Shown piece after piece: positions 37,492 through 48,516 of a stretch of DNA of 64,000 nt. The DNA comes from SAR92 clade bacterium (GTDB taxonomy: Bacteria; Pseudomonadota; Gammaproteobacteria; Pseudomonadales; Porticoccaceae). The stretch's first letter is position 1, and each line of letters begins with the position of its first letter. Under the pieces are notes generated by a model, which was not told where the DNA came from, ran no database searches, and was given only the letters and a program-made list of their open reading frames with translations. A program made the translations under genes and the position numbers. The stretch covers positions 51,604-115,603 of the forward strand of contig JACNKP010000037.1 in the NCBI GenBank assembly GCA_014381985.1, given 5' to 3'.

Positions 37492-40400
37492 ATGGTAATT
37501 AAAGCAATAAACACAATGACGTCAATTGGGCGATGGTTTCTTTGGACCACTGTTTTGCTGATTATTGGTACCCTCGTTTTGGTGTTGGTGGGTAGGCAAA
37601 CGATTAGCGCGGTTGATGGGTTAAGACCCTCTATTGTCAATTTCCTTAATCAGAGCACAGGTATGCAGGTTAACCTCGGCAAGTTGCGGGGTGAATGGCC
37701 GAGATTGTTGCCCGTTATCGAGATTGAAAATCTCGATATTATGGATGCTAATCAGGTGTCCGCGATCGTGGTACGTCAAGTAAGAGCTGAACTTGACCTG
37801 TTTCAGACGATTAGGCATGGAAATGCGATTTGGCATGAATTGGTGGCTGATAATTTAACGATTAAGCTAGCTGAAGACGATGCAGGTCGTTGGAGTTTGA
37901 AGGGCATTCCTGGTGATGACAATACTGACTTGGGGGTGCTTCTAGAGCCACTTATTTATAGTCGCTTGATACATTTAGAAAGCGTTCAGTTAGAGTTTGA
38001 GTTTTTTTCTGGTAAATTAATTAAAGTTCATGGTAGTTCAGTCAAAATTGAAAATGACCGAGATTTTCATCGCGGCGAGATGACGGTCTATCAGTCTGAT
38101 CAAGATATGCCTTCTTATCTAGTTCTTGAAGGGGAGGGAGATCCCTTAGACCTTAAGTCCTTTAACGCGGAGGCCTATCTGCAGTTACGAAATCTCTCAG
38201 TTCCTCAGCCCTTAATAGAATTGGGCAAAACGCTAATGCCAGAATTACTGGCCGATGTTTCACAATTTACCGCCGATGCCAGTGGTGATTTGTGGTTTGA
38301 TATTCATCAAGGTGGGGGGGTGGATTTTGAAGGTTCCGTCTCTGTGACTGAGGTGCCCCTCGATTGGGTGGCGGATGTGCCCGCTATCAGAGATATAACC
38401 ACTGAAATAACAGGTTGGTATACACCTGAGTTAGATTGGGGGATACGGTTTCAGGGGCTTGATTTTGCTTGGTCTGACACTGAAATTCAACCCTTAGATC
38501 TTGTATTTAATCAGCGCCTTGGTTCGCAATGGCAAGATTTTGACGTATCAGTCAGTCATTTAAACTTGACACTTTTATCTGACTTACTTAAAGAAGCGGA
38601 AGTTTTAAATGATCAGTTGCTAAAGACGATAGATGACTTAAGTCCCCGTGGACAGCTAAATGTACTTACGTTTGGGCAAAAACAGGCAGGTTATTATGCG
38701 TCAGCTAATCTAACTAATATTGATGTCTTGCCTTATAAGGGCGTTCCTGGAATTAAAGGGTTAAGTGGTTATCTCGAAATTAAAAATAATGAGGGGCTGT
38801 TCCATCTGAGTGACCTTGATGGGTTTGAAGTATTCTTTCCTACCGTCTACAAAGATTATATTAAGGTTCTTGAGGCTCAGGGGACTGTGTATTTAGGCGT
38901 TAACCCCAAAAATAACGCTCTTAAGGTGTCTAGCTCTGTCATTGAGGCTGAAGTTGAAGCAGGCCTTGCTAATATTGTTTTTTCGGTAGAGCAAAATAGA
39001 GCAGTGAAGGGATCTAAGCCAGAGGTCAACCTTATTATTGGGGGACGAAATCTCGACGCAACCTACAAGGACCAACTTCTACCTTACAAAATGCCGGAAA
39101 ATCTTTCAAATTGGCTAAAAAACTCTATTTTAAAAGCCGATATCAAGCAATTTGGCATGGTTTATCGATCAGCAATATCGTCTGACAAGCCTATTCGAAC
39201 AAACCAGTTATTGATAGAGATGGAAAATGGCGATATTAACTTTGATCCACAGTGGCTAGGGCTCAGTGATGTTAATGCAACTTTTTTAATTGATGATGCC
39301 CATGTTGAAGGTGCTGTCAGCTCAGCAACGATGGCTGGCGCTAAGATTGAAGAGGTCAAAGTGGCTTATGGGATTCATCCTAAGGGACATTCAAAAGCAA
39401 AAATACTCTTTTTAGATGGCACCCTAAAATCTGAGGTGTCACAAGCAATCAATATTATTGCCGAGTCTCCGCTCCACAAAAATATTGGACCTTTAGCTGA
39501 TTGGAAATACAGTGGCCAAGCAATGACCCACTTGGCTCTTGAGATTCCTTTAGTAAAGGCCAGCGGCAATGCGTCTAAGGGAGATTACCGAGTCGACAGC
39601 CGACTAACAGATGCTAGTTTATCGATTACCGATACGTCAATTAAGTTGACCGATATGGTTGGCGATATCCACTATTCTGTCGAAAAAGGTCTCTACTCAG
39701 ATGATATTAGTGGTCAGCTATGGGGGCAGCCATTTGATGCACAGATTTTCAAGCGTGGCGATGAGCAACAAATAGCTCTTAGCACAGCGGTGGAGCCAAA
39801 CAGTCTGAGACAGTTGGTGGACTTTCCTTGGACAAAGGTTATTAAGGGTATTATACCTCTTGAAGGATTATTAACGATCAACGCGAGGGGGTCTGTCGCA
39901 CAAGAAAAAGCCACCCAACTAAATGAAAGTGCGGTTACCTTGCACCTGACCAGCCAGCTAAGAGGGAACGAGATTCTTTTGCCTGCGCCCTTAGGTAAGA
40001 CGGCTGAGACAGATGATCATCTCGCGTTGAAGTTTCATTTTGACTCCGGTTTGGCAAGGCTGGAGGGCACTTTGGGCCAAAAGTTAGTAACAGATCTCCG
40101 TTTTAGCGACCAAGGGTTATCAAGAGGCGTAGTAAGTTTCGACCGCACGGTGTCTCTTCCTTCAGCAAATGAAGTTTTAATCGCAGCGCACTTAGCTACC
40201 ACCGAGATTGATTGGTGGCCACCTGTTATGAAGCTATTTGATGGGCTATCAAGTCCAGATGATACTAGCTGGAGTCCCATTTTTGATTTTACATTCGATA
40301 ACCTTGAGCTGGCATCGGTCGAATTGAAAGATCTGACAGCGGTGATCAAATTGTCTGATAAAGCGACTAATATCGAATTTTCTAGTCATCTTGCCGATGG

Positions 40401-41406
40401 ATATTTGTCGCTGCCTACTGATGAAAAGTTAGTTCCCAAAATGAATTTGGTCCGGCTAGACCTGGTAGATTACCTACTTGATGAGAAAATAGGGAAGCAG
40501 GACCTTGATCCAAGGCATTTTTTAGCAGTTGACCTTTCGGTGGAAAAATTATTTATCGGAGATAAGCTCTGGGGTTCTCTGGCTTTTCAGTTGCGGCCTG
40601 ACGATGTAGGGGCCACGTTTCAGCACATTAAAGGTAATTTTTTCGGACTAAAACCAAGCATGTTTGGCGATCAGGAGCCAACGGAGTTTTTCTGGGGTTT
40701 CGATGGCGTCACCTACAGTAGCAGGCTGACTGGGCCTGTTGGCGTTGACAACCTCTATGATGTTTTCAATGGATTTGATCTTGCTCCTGTTGCTGATAGT
40801 GAGTCAGGGAAGTTTGTATTTGACCTAGCCTGGCAAGATCAGCCATGGAATGTTAGTAAGGAAAACATTACTGGAAATTTTCAAATCGAGCTCAATAATG
40901 GCGATTTTTATAGGTCTCCAGGGGGCGCCGGCGCAGCTTTAAAGTTGGTTAGTTTGTTTAACTTTGCGAATTGGCTGAAGAGGCTTCAGTTGGATTTTTC
41001 TGACGTGGTTGGACAAAACTTAGCCTATAACAATTTACAGGGTACTATTTATTTCGATCAAGGCAACGCTGTTTTTCTTGATCCCTTAAAAATGAAAATG
41101 CCTTCTGGTCGTATGAGTATGGCAGGAACATTCAATTTAATTGATGAAACGGCAGAAGCCCAGCTTGTTGCGACTCTTCCTGTGGCAACCAATTTACCTT
41201 GGGTGGTTGCTTTACTTGGAGGCGTTCCTGCCGCCGCTGGCGTGTATATAACCAGCAAAATTGTTCAGAAACAGGTGGATCGTTTGTCGAGTATTAGTTA
41301 TGAATTAACGGGACCATGGGATGACATCAATATTACTGTGGACAAGATATTCGCGAGTGAATTAGAGAGTCAGCCGTTGCCTGACGCACTCGCTAATGAT
41401 CAATAA
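37492..41406 (+). CDS. yhdP: YhdP-family (AsmA-like) envelope lipid-transport protein
   Basis: 1304 aa with an N-terminal TM anchor. It sits downstream of rng, as in E. coli and Pseudomonas. Confidence 0.8.
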   Translation: MVIKAINTMTSIGRWFLWTTVLLIIGTLVLVLVGRQTISAVDGLRPSIVNFLNQSTGMQVNLGKLRGEWPRLLPVIEIENLDIMDANQVSAIVVRQVRAELDLFQTIRHGNAIWHELVADNLTIKLAEDDAGRWSLKGIPGDDNTDLGVLLEPLIYSRLIHLESVQLEFEFFSGKLIKVHGSSVKIENDRDFHRGEMTVYQSDQDMPSYLVLEGEGDPLDLKSFNAEAYLQLRNLSVPQPLIELGKTLMPELLADVSQFTADASGDLWFDIHQGGGVDFEGSVSVTEVPLDWVADVPAIRDITTEITGWYTPELDWGIRFQGLDFAWSDTEIQPLDLVFNQRLGSQWQDFDVSVSHLNLTLLSDLLKEAEVLNDQLLKTIDDLSPRGQLNVLTFGQKQAGYYASANLTNIDVLPYKGVPGIKGLSGYLEIKNNEGLFHLSDLDGFEVFFPTVYKDYIKVLEAQGTVYLGVNPKNNALKVSSSVIEAEVEAGLANIVFSVEQNRAVKGSKPEVNLIIGGRNLDATYKDQLLPYKMPENLSNWLKNSILKADIKQFGMVYRSAISSDKPIRTNQLLIEMENGDINFDPQWLGLSDVNATFLIDDAHVEGAVSSATMAGAKIEEVKVAYGIHPKGHSKAKILFLDGTLKSEVSQAINIIAESPLHKNIGPLADWKYSGQAMTHLALEIPLVKASGNASKGDYRVDSRLTDASLSITDTSIKLTDMVGDIHYSVEKGLYSDDISGQLWGQPFDAQIFKRGDEQQIALSTAVEPNSLRQLVDFPWTKVIKGIIPLEGLLTINARGSVAQEKATQLNESAVTLHLTSQLRGNEILLPAPLGKTAETDDHLALKFHFDSGLARLEGTLGQKLVTDLRFSDQGLSRGVVSFDRTVSLPSANEVLIAAHLATTEIDWWPPVMKLFDGLSSPDDTSWSPIFDFTFDNLELASVELKDLTAVIKLSDKATNIEFSSHLADGYLSLPTDEKLVPKMNLVRLDLVDYLLDEKIGKQDLDPRHFLAVDLSVEKLFIGDKLWGSLAFQLRPDDVGATFQHIKGNFFGLKPSMFGDQEPTEFFWGFDGVTYSSRLTGPVGVDNLYDVFNGFDLAPVADSESGKFVFDLAWQDQPWNVSKENITGNFQIELNNGDFYRSPGGAGAALKLVSLFNFANWLKRLQLDFSDVVGQNLAYNNLQGTIYFDQGNAVFLDPLKMKMPSGRMSMAGTFNLIDETAEAQLVATLPVATNLPWVVALLGGVPAAAGVYITSKIVQKQVDRLSSISYELTGPWDDINITVDKIFASELESQPLPDALANDQ

Positions 41407-42265
41407 GACAGAATCATATAGCAACCAAGACTCGCTCACAGCGGCTGCCATTCAATTAAAGCCCGCGGGCTCGGTTGAGAAGAATCTAGATAACGCCAAA
41501 TCCTTACTAAGGGAAGCAGTTGATCGGGGTGCTAACCTTGCGGTTCTGCCTGAGAACTTTGCTTATTATGGGCAAACCAATATCAGTGCGGCCATAAAAG
41601 ATGAGAACGGTGAAACGGGTTTGGTGAGTGAATTCATGAGAACTCAGGCTCAAGAGCTAAATATCTGGCTTGTTGGGGGGACTATTCCTGTTTTGGGCTG
41701 TACTGAACCAGTTGATGTGAATAGGCCCTATGCGCGTTCTTTTTTACTTAATCCAGAGGGTAAGAGGGAGGCTTATTACGATAAAATTCATCTTTTTGAC
41801 GCTGATATATCTCTGTCTCAGGATCAGCATAGACAGTATAGAGAATCAGACCGTTATTCTGCCGGAATTAGCGTCTGTGCAGTGCCTACTCGTGCTGCAA
41901 ATATAGGTTTGACGGTTTGTTATGATCTGAGATTCCCTGAGTTATATCGGAATCTAGCGGACCAGGGAGCCGAAATTATTACAGTTCCATCGGCTTTTAC
42001 AGCCAATACGGGAGAAGCTCATTGGGAGGTTTTGTTGCGGGCCCGTGCTATTGAGAATCAATTGTTTATTGTCGGAGCTAATTTAGTAGACCGTCACCAT
42101 CCAAAGCGCGGGCTTTGGGGTGGAAGTGCCATTATTGACCCGTGGGGGACCATTCTTGACTCAGTGGCAGGCGACCAGCCAGGGATCGCAATTGCTAATA
42201 TCAACATGACGTTAATTCGCGACCAACGCCGCAATATGCCAGTGCAACAACATCGCAAGTTGTAG
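41396..42265 (+). CDS. Carbon-nitrogen hydrolase (Nit-family amidase)
   Basis: Catalytic Glu (LPENF), Lys and Cys (VCYDLRFPE) triad context. It overlaps the yhdP end by 11 nt. Confidence 0.85.
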   Translation: MINKTESYSNQDSLTAAAIQLKPAGSVEKNLDNAKSLLREAVDRGANLAVLPENFAYYGQTNISAAIKDENGETGLVSEFMRTQAQELNIWLVGGTIPVLGCTEPVDVNRPYARSFLLNPEGKREAYYDKIHLFDADISLSQDQHRQYRESDRYSAGISVCAVPTRAANIGLTVCYDLRFPELYRNLADQGAEIITVPSAFTANTGEAHWEVLLRARAIENQLFIVGANLVDRHHPKRGLWGGSAIIDPWGTILDSVAGDQPGIAIANINMTLIRDQRRNMPVQQHRKL

Positions 42266-42281
42266 GTTTTTACCTCTGAAT

Positions 42282-42785
42282 CTATTCGGTCAAAGATCTT
42301 ATATAAGAGAAAAGTTTACGGCTGGCCACGGGTGATTTTTTAAGTTCCAATTCTCGATTAGCCTGGCGTTGAAGATTACGAAGTTTCTGTCGCTCCGCCT
42401 CTGGATAGGACCCTAAAAACTCATCGATGCCGGCCTGCCCGTCATTGATTAAGCGATCACGCCAGTCTTCCAGTGACTTAAAATGTTGGCGGTAAGTTTG
42501 AGATTGATGATCCATTTTCTCTAGTGTGATTTGAATATCATCGATATCAGAGATTCGCATTAGCTTGCCAATATATTGTAAATGGCGACGTTTCGCCTCT
42601 CGACTTTTTAGTCTACGCGCTTCGTAAATCGCCTCTTTTAGAGACTCGGGAAGAGTAAATTTTTGTAGCTTACCTTCCGGCATTTCGACCAATTGCTTGC
42701 CCATTTCCTGGAGAGCATGACTGTCTCGTTTGAGTTGTGATTTGCTTGGCCCGTCATAGCCATTATCGTCCATAGAGTCTTCCAT
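42282..42785 (-). CDS. yjgA: Ribosome-associated protein YjgA/DarP (DUF615)
   Basis: PSKSQLKRDSHALQEMGKQLV and a helical charged body typical of YjgA. The start codon overlaps the mgtE stop by 1 nt. Confidence 0.8.
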   Translation of the reverse strand: MEDSMDDNGYDGPSKSQLKRDSHALQEMGKQLVEMPEGKLQKFTLPESLKEAIYEARRLKSREAKRRHLQYIGKLMRISDIDDIQITLEKMDHQSQTYRQHFKSLEDWRDRLINDGQAGIDEFLGSYPEAERQKLRNLQRQANRELELKKSPVASRKLFSYIRSLTE

Positions 42786-44125
42786 TAGATGAGAAATACT
42801 GCGGCTAAGCCTAGAAATGAAACAAAGCCAACCACATCGGTAATGGTCGTTAAAATAACAGATCCCGCCAGCGCAGGATCTATTTTTAGAGATCGCAGTA
42901 ATACAGGTAAAATTGTCCCTGCAAGCGCAGCTGCCATTAGATTAATGGCCATGGCCAGTCCAATAATTATGCCCATATCCCAATCGTTAAACCAGAGTGA
43001 GACTAGACATCCGACTATGACAGCGTAAAGTATGCCATTTAAAACGCCTACAGCAAATTCTTTGCTCATTAACCAGTTGAGGTTGCTCTGTTCTACTTGA
43101 CCTAAGGCCATCCCTCGAATGACCACGGTGAGAGTTTGACTTCCTGCGACACCGCCCATGCTAGCGACTATAGGCATTAGTATTGCTAGTGTCACCAGCT
43201 TGTCTAGAGTTGCCTCAAATTGACTGATGGCTAATGAGGCGAGAATGGCTGTGATTAAATTAACCCCTAACCAAATAGCGCGCCGCGGGGCCGTTCTGGC
43301 AACGGAAGAGAATGTGTCTTCAGTGTCACTAAGTCCCGCCATAGCTAAAAGGGAATGGTCCGCGTCTTCAACTATCACATCCACAACGTCATCAATGGTG
43401 ATCCGACCTAATAATCTGCCATGCTCATCAATAACGGGAGCAGAAACAAGATCGTATCGCTGGAACCGGTGAGCGACCTCTGAATCAGTAAGATTGACGT
43501 CGATAGCTTGAACTTCACTGTTCATGACTTCTCGAACGGTCGTGGCGGGTGAGGAGGTCAACAGTTTGCCGATGGATAGATTACCCATAAATATGTCGCT
43601 GCGGCTCACAACAAAAAGGTTGTCTGTGGTATCAGGAATCTCTTCGAATCGTCTCAGATAGCGAAGCACGACGTCGACGCTAATATCTGGACGCACTGTG
43701 ATCACTTCTGTGTCCATGAGTCCACCGGCGGTGTCCTCATCATAGGTCAGGATGGTCTCAACTCTCAGCCGATCCTGTGCTGACATAGCTTTAAGCACCT
43801 CGGGAATAACGCGATCAGGAAGCTGTTGAAGAATATCAACGATATCGTCAACGTCTAATCCTTCGGTTATTGAGGCAACTTCAGCGCCATCCATTTTTTC
43901 CAGGAACTCTAATTGGATTTCATCAGACAGATCCTGCAACACTTCGCCGGAAACATCTGGGTCGACGAGCTCCCATAAAATGTGGCGATATTTGGGTGGT
44001 GCGATTTCGAGTTGGTGGGCAATGTCTGGCGGTGATAGATTGTTAAGGGTATGCCTAACCTGATTCAAAGTAATTGAATCAATCGCGTTATCAAGCTTAG
44101 CCAGTAAGTTGCTTTCGATCTTCAT
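42785..44125 (-). CDS. mgtE: Magnesium transporter MgtE
   Basis: N-domain, a CBS pair, and a C-terminal five-TM MgtE domain (GNLSIGKLL.., IVASMGGVAGSQT). Confidence 0.92.
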   Translation of the reverse strand: MKIESNLLAKLDNAIDSITLNQVRHTLNNLSPPDIAHQLEIAPPKYRHILWELVDPDVSGEVLQDLSDEIQLEFLEKMDGAEVASITEGLDVDDIVDILQQLPDRVIPEVLKAMSAQDRLRVETILTYDEDTAGGLMDTEVITVRPDISVDVVLRYLRRFEEIPDTTDNLFVVSRSDIFMGNLSIGKLLTSSPATTVREVMNSEVQAIDVNLTDSEVAHRFQRYDLVSAPVIDEHGRLLGRITIDDVVDVIVEDADHSLLAMAGLSDTEDTFSSVARTAPRRAIWLGVNLITAILASLAISQFEATLDKLVTLAILMPIVASMGGVAGSQTLTVVIRGMALGQVEQSNLNWLMSKEFAVGVLNGILYAVIVGCLVSLWFNDWDMGIIIGLAMAINLMAAALAGTILPVLLRSLKIDPALAGSVILTTITDVVGFVSFLGLAAVFLI

Positions 44126-44234
44126 ACATTGCGTTCCTAGCCGAGCAGCTACGTGCTGGACGGGCCTCTATTCTAGCTTTGTCTGCTTAAGTGCGATAGA
44201 GGATATTCAAAATAGGGTAAATTTTACGTTAAGA

Positions 44235-44504
44235 TTATTCGCCTTCGCCAAAATAATCAGCAAACAATGAACTGATTGCGTCGCAGGCAAGCTGTTCTTC
44301 TGGCCCCTTAAACTCGAAGATAAGGTTTGTATCTTTTGAGGCTGCCAGTAACATCAATGACATGATGCTTTTAGCATCCACAAGGGGTTCTTGTATACCA
44401 GTGTTGACAGAGCACTTGTAGCGTCCAGCGGTAGAGGCTAGTTTCGTCGCCGCACGGGCATGTAATCCCAGTTTATTGATAACAGTAATTTTTTGGCGAA
44501 TCAT
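44235..44504 (-). CDS. ptsO: HPr-family phosphocarrier NPr
   Basis: 89 aa with the active-site GLHARAA, located downstream of rapZ in the rpoN cluster. Confidence 0.85.
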   Translation of the reverse strand: MIRQKITVINKLGLHARAATKLASTAGRYKCSVNTGIQEPLVDAKSIMSLMLLAASKDTNLIFEFKGPEEQLACDAISSLFADYFGEGE

Positions 44505-44523
44505 ATAGGCTTAATAATCGGGT

Positions 44524-45387
44524 TCATGCGGACAGCTCTTTATGCACAACCTGTACTAAAGAATGTTCTTTTGAAAAATACTCTTGTAATCGGTTAGCGA
44601 TATAAACTGAACGATGCTGACCGCCCGTACAACCGATAGAAATAGTTAAATAGCTCCGATTATTAGCTTGAAATTTTGGTATCCAGCGGGTTAAAAAACC
44701 GATTATGTCTGACAACATTGCAGCCACGTCAACCTGACTTTCTAAAAATTCAATAACATCCTCGTCATAGCCAGTTAGGCTCCGCAATTCTTGTTTCCAA
44801 TAGGGATTTGGTAGGCAGCGGACATCGAAAATAAAATCAGAGGCGTCCGGTAGGCCTTTTTTGAAGCCAAAGGATTCAAACAGTATCGCCATGTGCTCTG
44901 GACTGTTAGGTACGATAGTGTTTTTTACAAGATCTCTTAATTGGTGCAGTGATAGACCGGATGTATCAATGTTGCGATCTGAAATATTTAGTATTGGAGA
45001 TAGGATCTTTGCCTCTAGATCAATTGCTTCAGGTAGGCTGACAGTTTCGTTACTAAGAGGGTGTTTTCGTCTAGTCTCACTATAACGACGAATTAAATCA
45101 CTGCGCCGTGCCTGCAGAAAAATAACGCTCACTTCAATACCACTGGCTTCTAGCCCTGCGAGAATATCCGGCAATTTATTAAGGTCGCCAACTAGATTCC
45201 TGGCATCGATTCCTACGGCTAATCTCAGATCTTCATTGATCCTTTCTGAATTCAACTGCTTAATCAGATCAGGCAGCAAGCTCGGTGGGAGGTTGTCAAT
45301 GCAGTCAAATCCGACATCCTCGAGAATATTGAGTGCGGAGGTTTTACCTGAGCCAGATCTTCCGCTAACAACAACCAGTCGAGGCAT
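44524..45387 (-). CDS. rapZ: RNase adapter protein RapZ
   Basis: Walker A GRSGSGKTSA and the C-terminal GCTGGQHRSV motif. Confidence 0.92.
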   Translation of the reverse strand: MPRLVVVSGRSGSGKTSALNILEDVGFDCIDNLPPSLLPDLIKQLNSERINEDLRLAVGIDARNLVGDLNKLPDILAGLEASGIEVSVIFLQARRSDLIRRYSETRRKHPLSNETVSLPEAIDLEAKILSPILNISDRNIDTSGLSLHQLRDLVKNTIVPNSPEHMAILFESFGFKKGLPDASDFIFDVRCLPNPYWKQELRSLTGYDEDVIEFLESQVDVAAMLSDIIGFLTRWIPKFQANNRSYLTISIGCTGGQHRSVYIANRLQEYFSKEHSLVQVVHKELSA

Positions 45388-45854
45388 TAGTTTGAGCGCT
45401 CCAATCTGACTGCTGTGTTGTAAAGGTCTTTATTATTTTGGCATGCTCGCAACAATTGCCGAGAAGAATCTTTCTGCATTAACGCCGCTATTCTTGCCAA
45501 GGTAGCTAAATGCTCGTCATTTTTCTCCTCAGGGACGACTAGGGCAAAGATGAGATCAACAGGCTGATCGTCATAGGCATCAAAATTTATGGGATTCTGA
45601 AGCGTTATCAAACAGCCGTGAATGCGCTTAAAGCCCGCTGCGCGACAATGAGGGATCGCGACGCCATCACCTATCGAAGTACTGCCTAGTTTTTCTCGAG
45701 CGACAAAGCTATGGAAGAGGCTATCTGCTTGCTCTGCATCACCGCCTAAATGTTCACTGACTAATGAAGATAGATTCTGGAGCACGCGCTTTTTACTGGG
45801 CCAGGCCAGATCACACTGGGTCATCTCAGGGATTAGTACATCGGTGATCTTCAT
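45387..45854 (-). CDS. ptsN: Nitrogen-PTS EIIA(Ntr)
   Basis: Active-site GDGVAIPH. 155 aa, in the rpoN operon. Confidence 0.88.
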   Translation of the reverse strand: MKITDVLIPEMTQCDLAWPSKKRVLQNLSSLVSEHLGGDAEQADSLFHSFVAREKLGSTSIGDGVAIPHCRAAGFKRIHGCLITLQNPINFDAYDDQPVDLIFALVVPEEKNDEHLATLARIAALMQKDSSRQLLRACQNNKDLYNTAVRLERSN

Positions 45855-45862
45855 TAGAAAAG

Positions 45863-46150
45863 CTAGTGCCCTCGATTTTTTTCTTTATGCTTAATGAGTT
45901 GTCTGTCTAGTTTGTCCGCCAAAGCGTCTATCGCTGCATACATATCTACATGTTCTGATATGGCAAATAATTCTGCTCCGCTGACGTGTACTGTTGCTTC
46001 GGCTTTATGCTGCAGTTTCTCGATAGTGAGCATAACTGTAATGCTAGTTATCTGTTCGTAATGCCGCTCTAGTTTAGATAGTTTATTAGTAACGTAGTCT
46101 CTCATAGGGTTGGTGATGTCTAAATGATGACCACTTATCGTCATTTGCAT
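45863..46150 (-). CDS. hpf: Ribosome hibernation promoting factor (short HPF)
   Basis: 95 aa with MQMTISGHHLDIT..LR.YV..KL.KL, typical of the sigma-54 modulation protein family. Confidence 0.88.
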   Translation of the reverse strand: MQMTISGHHLDITNPMRDYVTNKLSKLERHYEQITSITVMLTIEKLQHKAEATVHVSGAELFAISEHVDMYAAIDALADKLDRQLIKHKEKNRGH

Positions 46151-46164
46151 TCATTACTCCTTGG

Positions 46165-47700
46165 CTAGTTAACATTTTCGAATCGTTTTCTTTGGCTCGA
46201 CGATGGTATACCCATGCCTTCTCTATATTTGGCAACAGTCCTTCGTGCCACGTGAATACCTTGTTCCTCAAGAAGAACCATTAACTTATTATCACTTAAT
46301 GGTTTTGATGTTTTTTCGGTGCTAATAAGAACCTTTAGGATAGCGCAAACCGCTGTCGATGAACACTCTCCCCCTCCCACTGTACTTACGTGACTGGAAA
46401 AAAAATACTTTAGTTCAAAAATTCCCCGCGGCGTTGCTAGATATTTATTGGTAGTGACTCGGGAAATAGTTGACTCATGGAGATCTAGTTTGATGGCGAT
46501 ATCTGATAGAACCATCGGTTTCATTGCTATTGGTCCATGGTCTAAAAACCCTTGCTGTAACTCAACAATGGAAATAGAAACTCGCATTAAGGTGTCATTT
46601 CTGCTCTCTAGGCTGCGCAGAAACCATTTTGCTTCGGCAAGGTTATCTTTTAGAAATTGGTTTTGTTTACTATCGTCCGACCGTTTTATTAAGTTGGAAT
46701 AAAGGTCATTGATTTTTAGGCGAGGGGCATTGCCATCGTTAAGTCTGACTTGCCAGCGGCCTGATATTTTTTCTACGTAAGCATCGGGTACAATATATTC
46801 AGCCTGGTTTACGGTTAAGGCCTCACCAGGTCTAGGGTTAAGGCTGCGAATTAGCCTTAACCCCCCTTGAAGGTCTTCTTGGCTATAGCGTGTTTTCTTG
46901 GCGAGATGGGTTAAATCAATCGACGCAATATCTTGTAAAAATTCAGAGGCTAGTCTAATAGCCTGATTTCTGTAGGGCGTATCTAAGGATAGTTGTTGAA
47001 GCTGGATGATTAAACATTCTCTTATGTCTCGTGCGAACACCCCCGGAGGATCAAACTGCTGTAAACGACGCAGTACAGCCACCAACTCATCTTCCTCGAC
47101 AGGATCTTGTGCGTTTCCACTTATAGCAGAAGAGGCGATATCAGCAAGGTCCCCACTAATGAACCCAGAGGGACTAATAGAGTCGATATATGCTTCAGCA
47201 ATCTCTCGGTCACGGTCTGAGAAGGGAGTCAGGTTGAGTTGCCACTTTAAGTGGTCTTGGAATGACTCGGTTACCGTGTAAATCTGCTCCCAATCACTTT
47301 CAGAGGTACCGCTGGAGACCTGCATATTAGGGTTGTAGACTTCGTCCCAATTAGCATCGACGGGTAAATCTTGAGATTTTTCAGTCTGCCAGGTGTCATC
47401 TAATTCGGATTCGGTAACAGCTTTATCGGTGGCATCAACTGCAGTTTGACGCAGATTGCCGTCGTCTGCGTTCAAGTCAACGGCAACAGTATCATTTGGG
47501 GCTGATGAATCCTGCCGTTGCTCAGTATTAGTTGCGCTAGTATTGTCGTCGTCTATTTCAAGCAAAGGATTGCTATAGACCTGCTCTATGATTTCTTGAT
47601 GCAATTCAATCGTGGATAGTTGCAGTAGCTTGATGGCCTGTTGCAGTTGCGGGGTCATAGTCAGCTGCTGACTAATCTTTAATTGCAGGCCTGGACGCAT
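46165..47700 (-). CDS. rpoN: RNA polymerase sigma-54 factor
   Basis: N-terminal Q/L-rich region I and the RpoN box ARRTVAKYR near the C-terminus. 511 aa. Confidence 0.95.
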   Translation of the reverse strand: MRPGLQLKISQQLTMTPQLQQAIKLLQLSTIELHQEIIEQVYSNPLLEIDDDNTSATNTEQRQDSSAPNDTVAVDLNADDGNLRQTAVDATDKAVTESELDDTWQTEKSQDLPVDANWDEVYNPNMQVSSGTSESDWEQIYTVTESFQDHLKWQLNLTPFSDRDREIAEAYIDSISPSGFISGDLADIASSAISGNAQDPVEEDELVAVLRRLQQFDPPGVFARDIRECLIIQLQQLSLDTPYRNQAIRLASEFLQDIASIDLTHLAKKTRYSQEDLQGGLRLIRSLNPRPGEALTVNQAEYIVPDAYVEKISGRWQVRLNDGNAPRLKINDLYSNLIKRSDDSKQNQFLKDNLAEAKWFLRSLESRNDTLMRVSISIVELQQGFLDHGPIAMKPMVLSDIAIKLDLHESTISRVTTNKYLATPRGIFELKYFFSSHVSTVGGGECSSTAVCAILKVLISTEKTSKPLSDNKLMVLLEEQGIHVARRTVAKYREGMGIPSSSQRKRFENVN

Positions 47701-47788
47701 AGAAAGGGTATCTAAAATATATTCTGAGATGCAATTTTAGTGCCGAAAGGCATTGCATGGCAATCACTTAACCCTAAAAATGCTGCCT

Positions 47789-48514
47789 TTACAGTGTAAA
47801 ATGTTCTCCGAGATAGGTTTTTCTTACTTTGTCGTCGTTTAATATGTGATCAGTGGTACCTTCTGCAATGATATTACCTTCACCGACGATATAAGCATGC
47901 TCACAAATATCGAGTGTTTCCCTAACATTATGGTCGGTTATTAGCACACCAATACCTTTATCCCGGAGATGACGAATTATGTTTTTAATATCATTTACAG
48001 AAATAGGATCAACACCGGCAAAGGGCTCATCGAGAAGAATAAATTGAGGGTCAGCTGCTAAAGCTCTGGCAATCTCAACCCTTCGACGCTCGCCACCAGA
48101 CAAGCTCATGCCGGTATGATCAGAAAGATGTGAAATATGGAACTCATTAAGTAATTCTTCAAGGATATTATTGCGCTGATATCGTGTGAGTGTTTTGCGG
48201 GTTTCCAGGATTGCCAAGATATTGTCTTTGACGCTTAAGGTTCTAAAAATTGATGGTTCCTGGGGTAGATATCCTAAGCCCTTTCGTGCTCGACCGTGCA
48301 TGGGCAGATTTGTAATATCTTGCTGATCGATGCTGATCGTCCCACCATCTTGGGATACTAAGCCTATAATCATATAAAAACAGGTGGTTTTGCCCGCACC
48401 GTTTGGTCCAAGTAGCCCCACTATTTCACCTTGTTTTACTGATAACGAAATATCTTTAACCACGGGTCTTTTACCGTAAAATTTGGCCAAATTTCGAGCT
48501 TCTAAAACAGCCAT
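47789..48514 (-). CDS. lptB: LPS export ABC ATPase LptB
   Basis: Walker [10 protein letters not shown], signature LSGGERRR and Walker B ILLDEP. 241 aa. Confidence 0.95.
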   Translation of the reverse strand: MAVLEARNLAKFYGKRPVVKDISLSVKQGEIVGLLGPNGAGKTTCFYMIIGLVSQDGGTISIDQQDITNLPMHGRARKGLGYLPQEPSIFRTLSVKDNILAILETRKTLTRYQRNNILEELLNEFHISHLSDHTGMSLSGGERRRVEIARALAADPQFILLDEPFAGVDPISVNDIKNIIRHLRDKGIGVLITDHNVRETLDICEHAYIVGEGNIIAEGTTDHILNDDKVRKTYLGEHFTL

Positions 48515-48516
48515 TA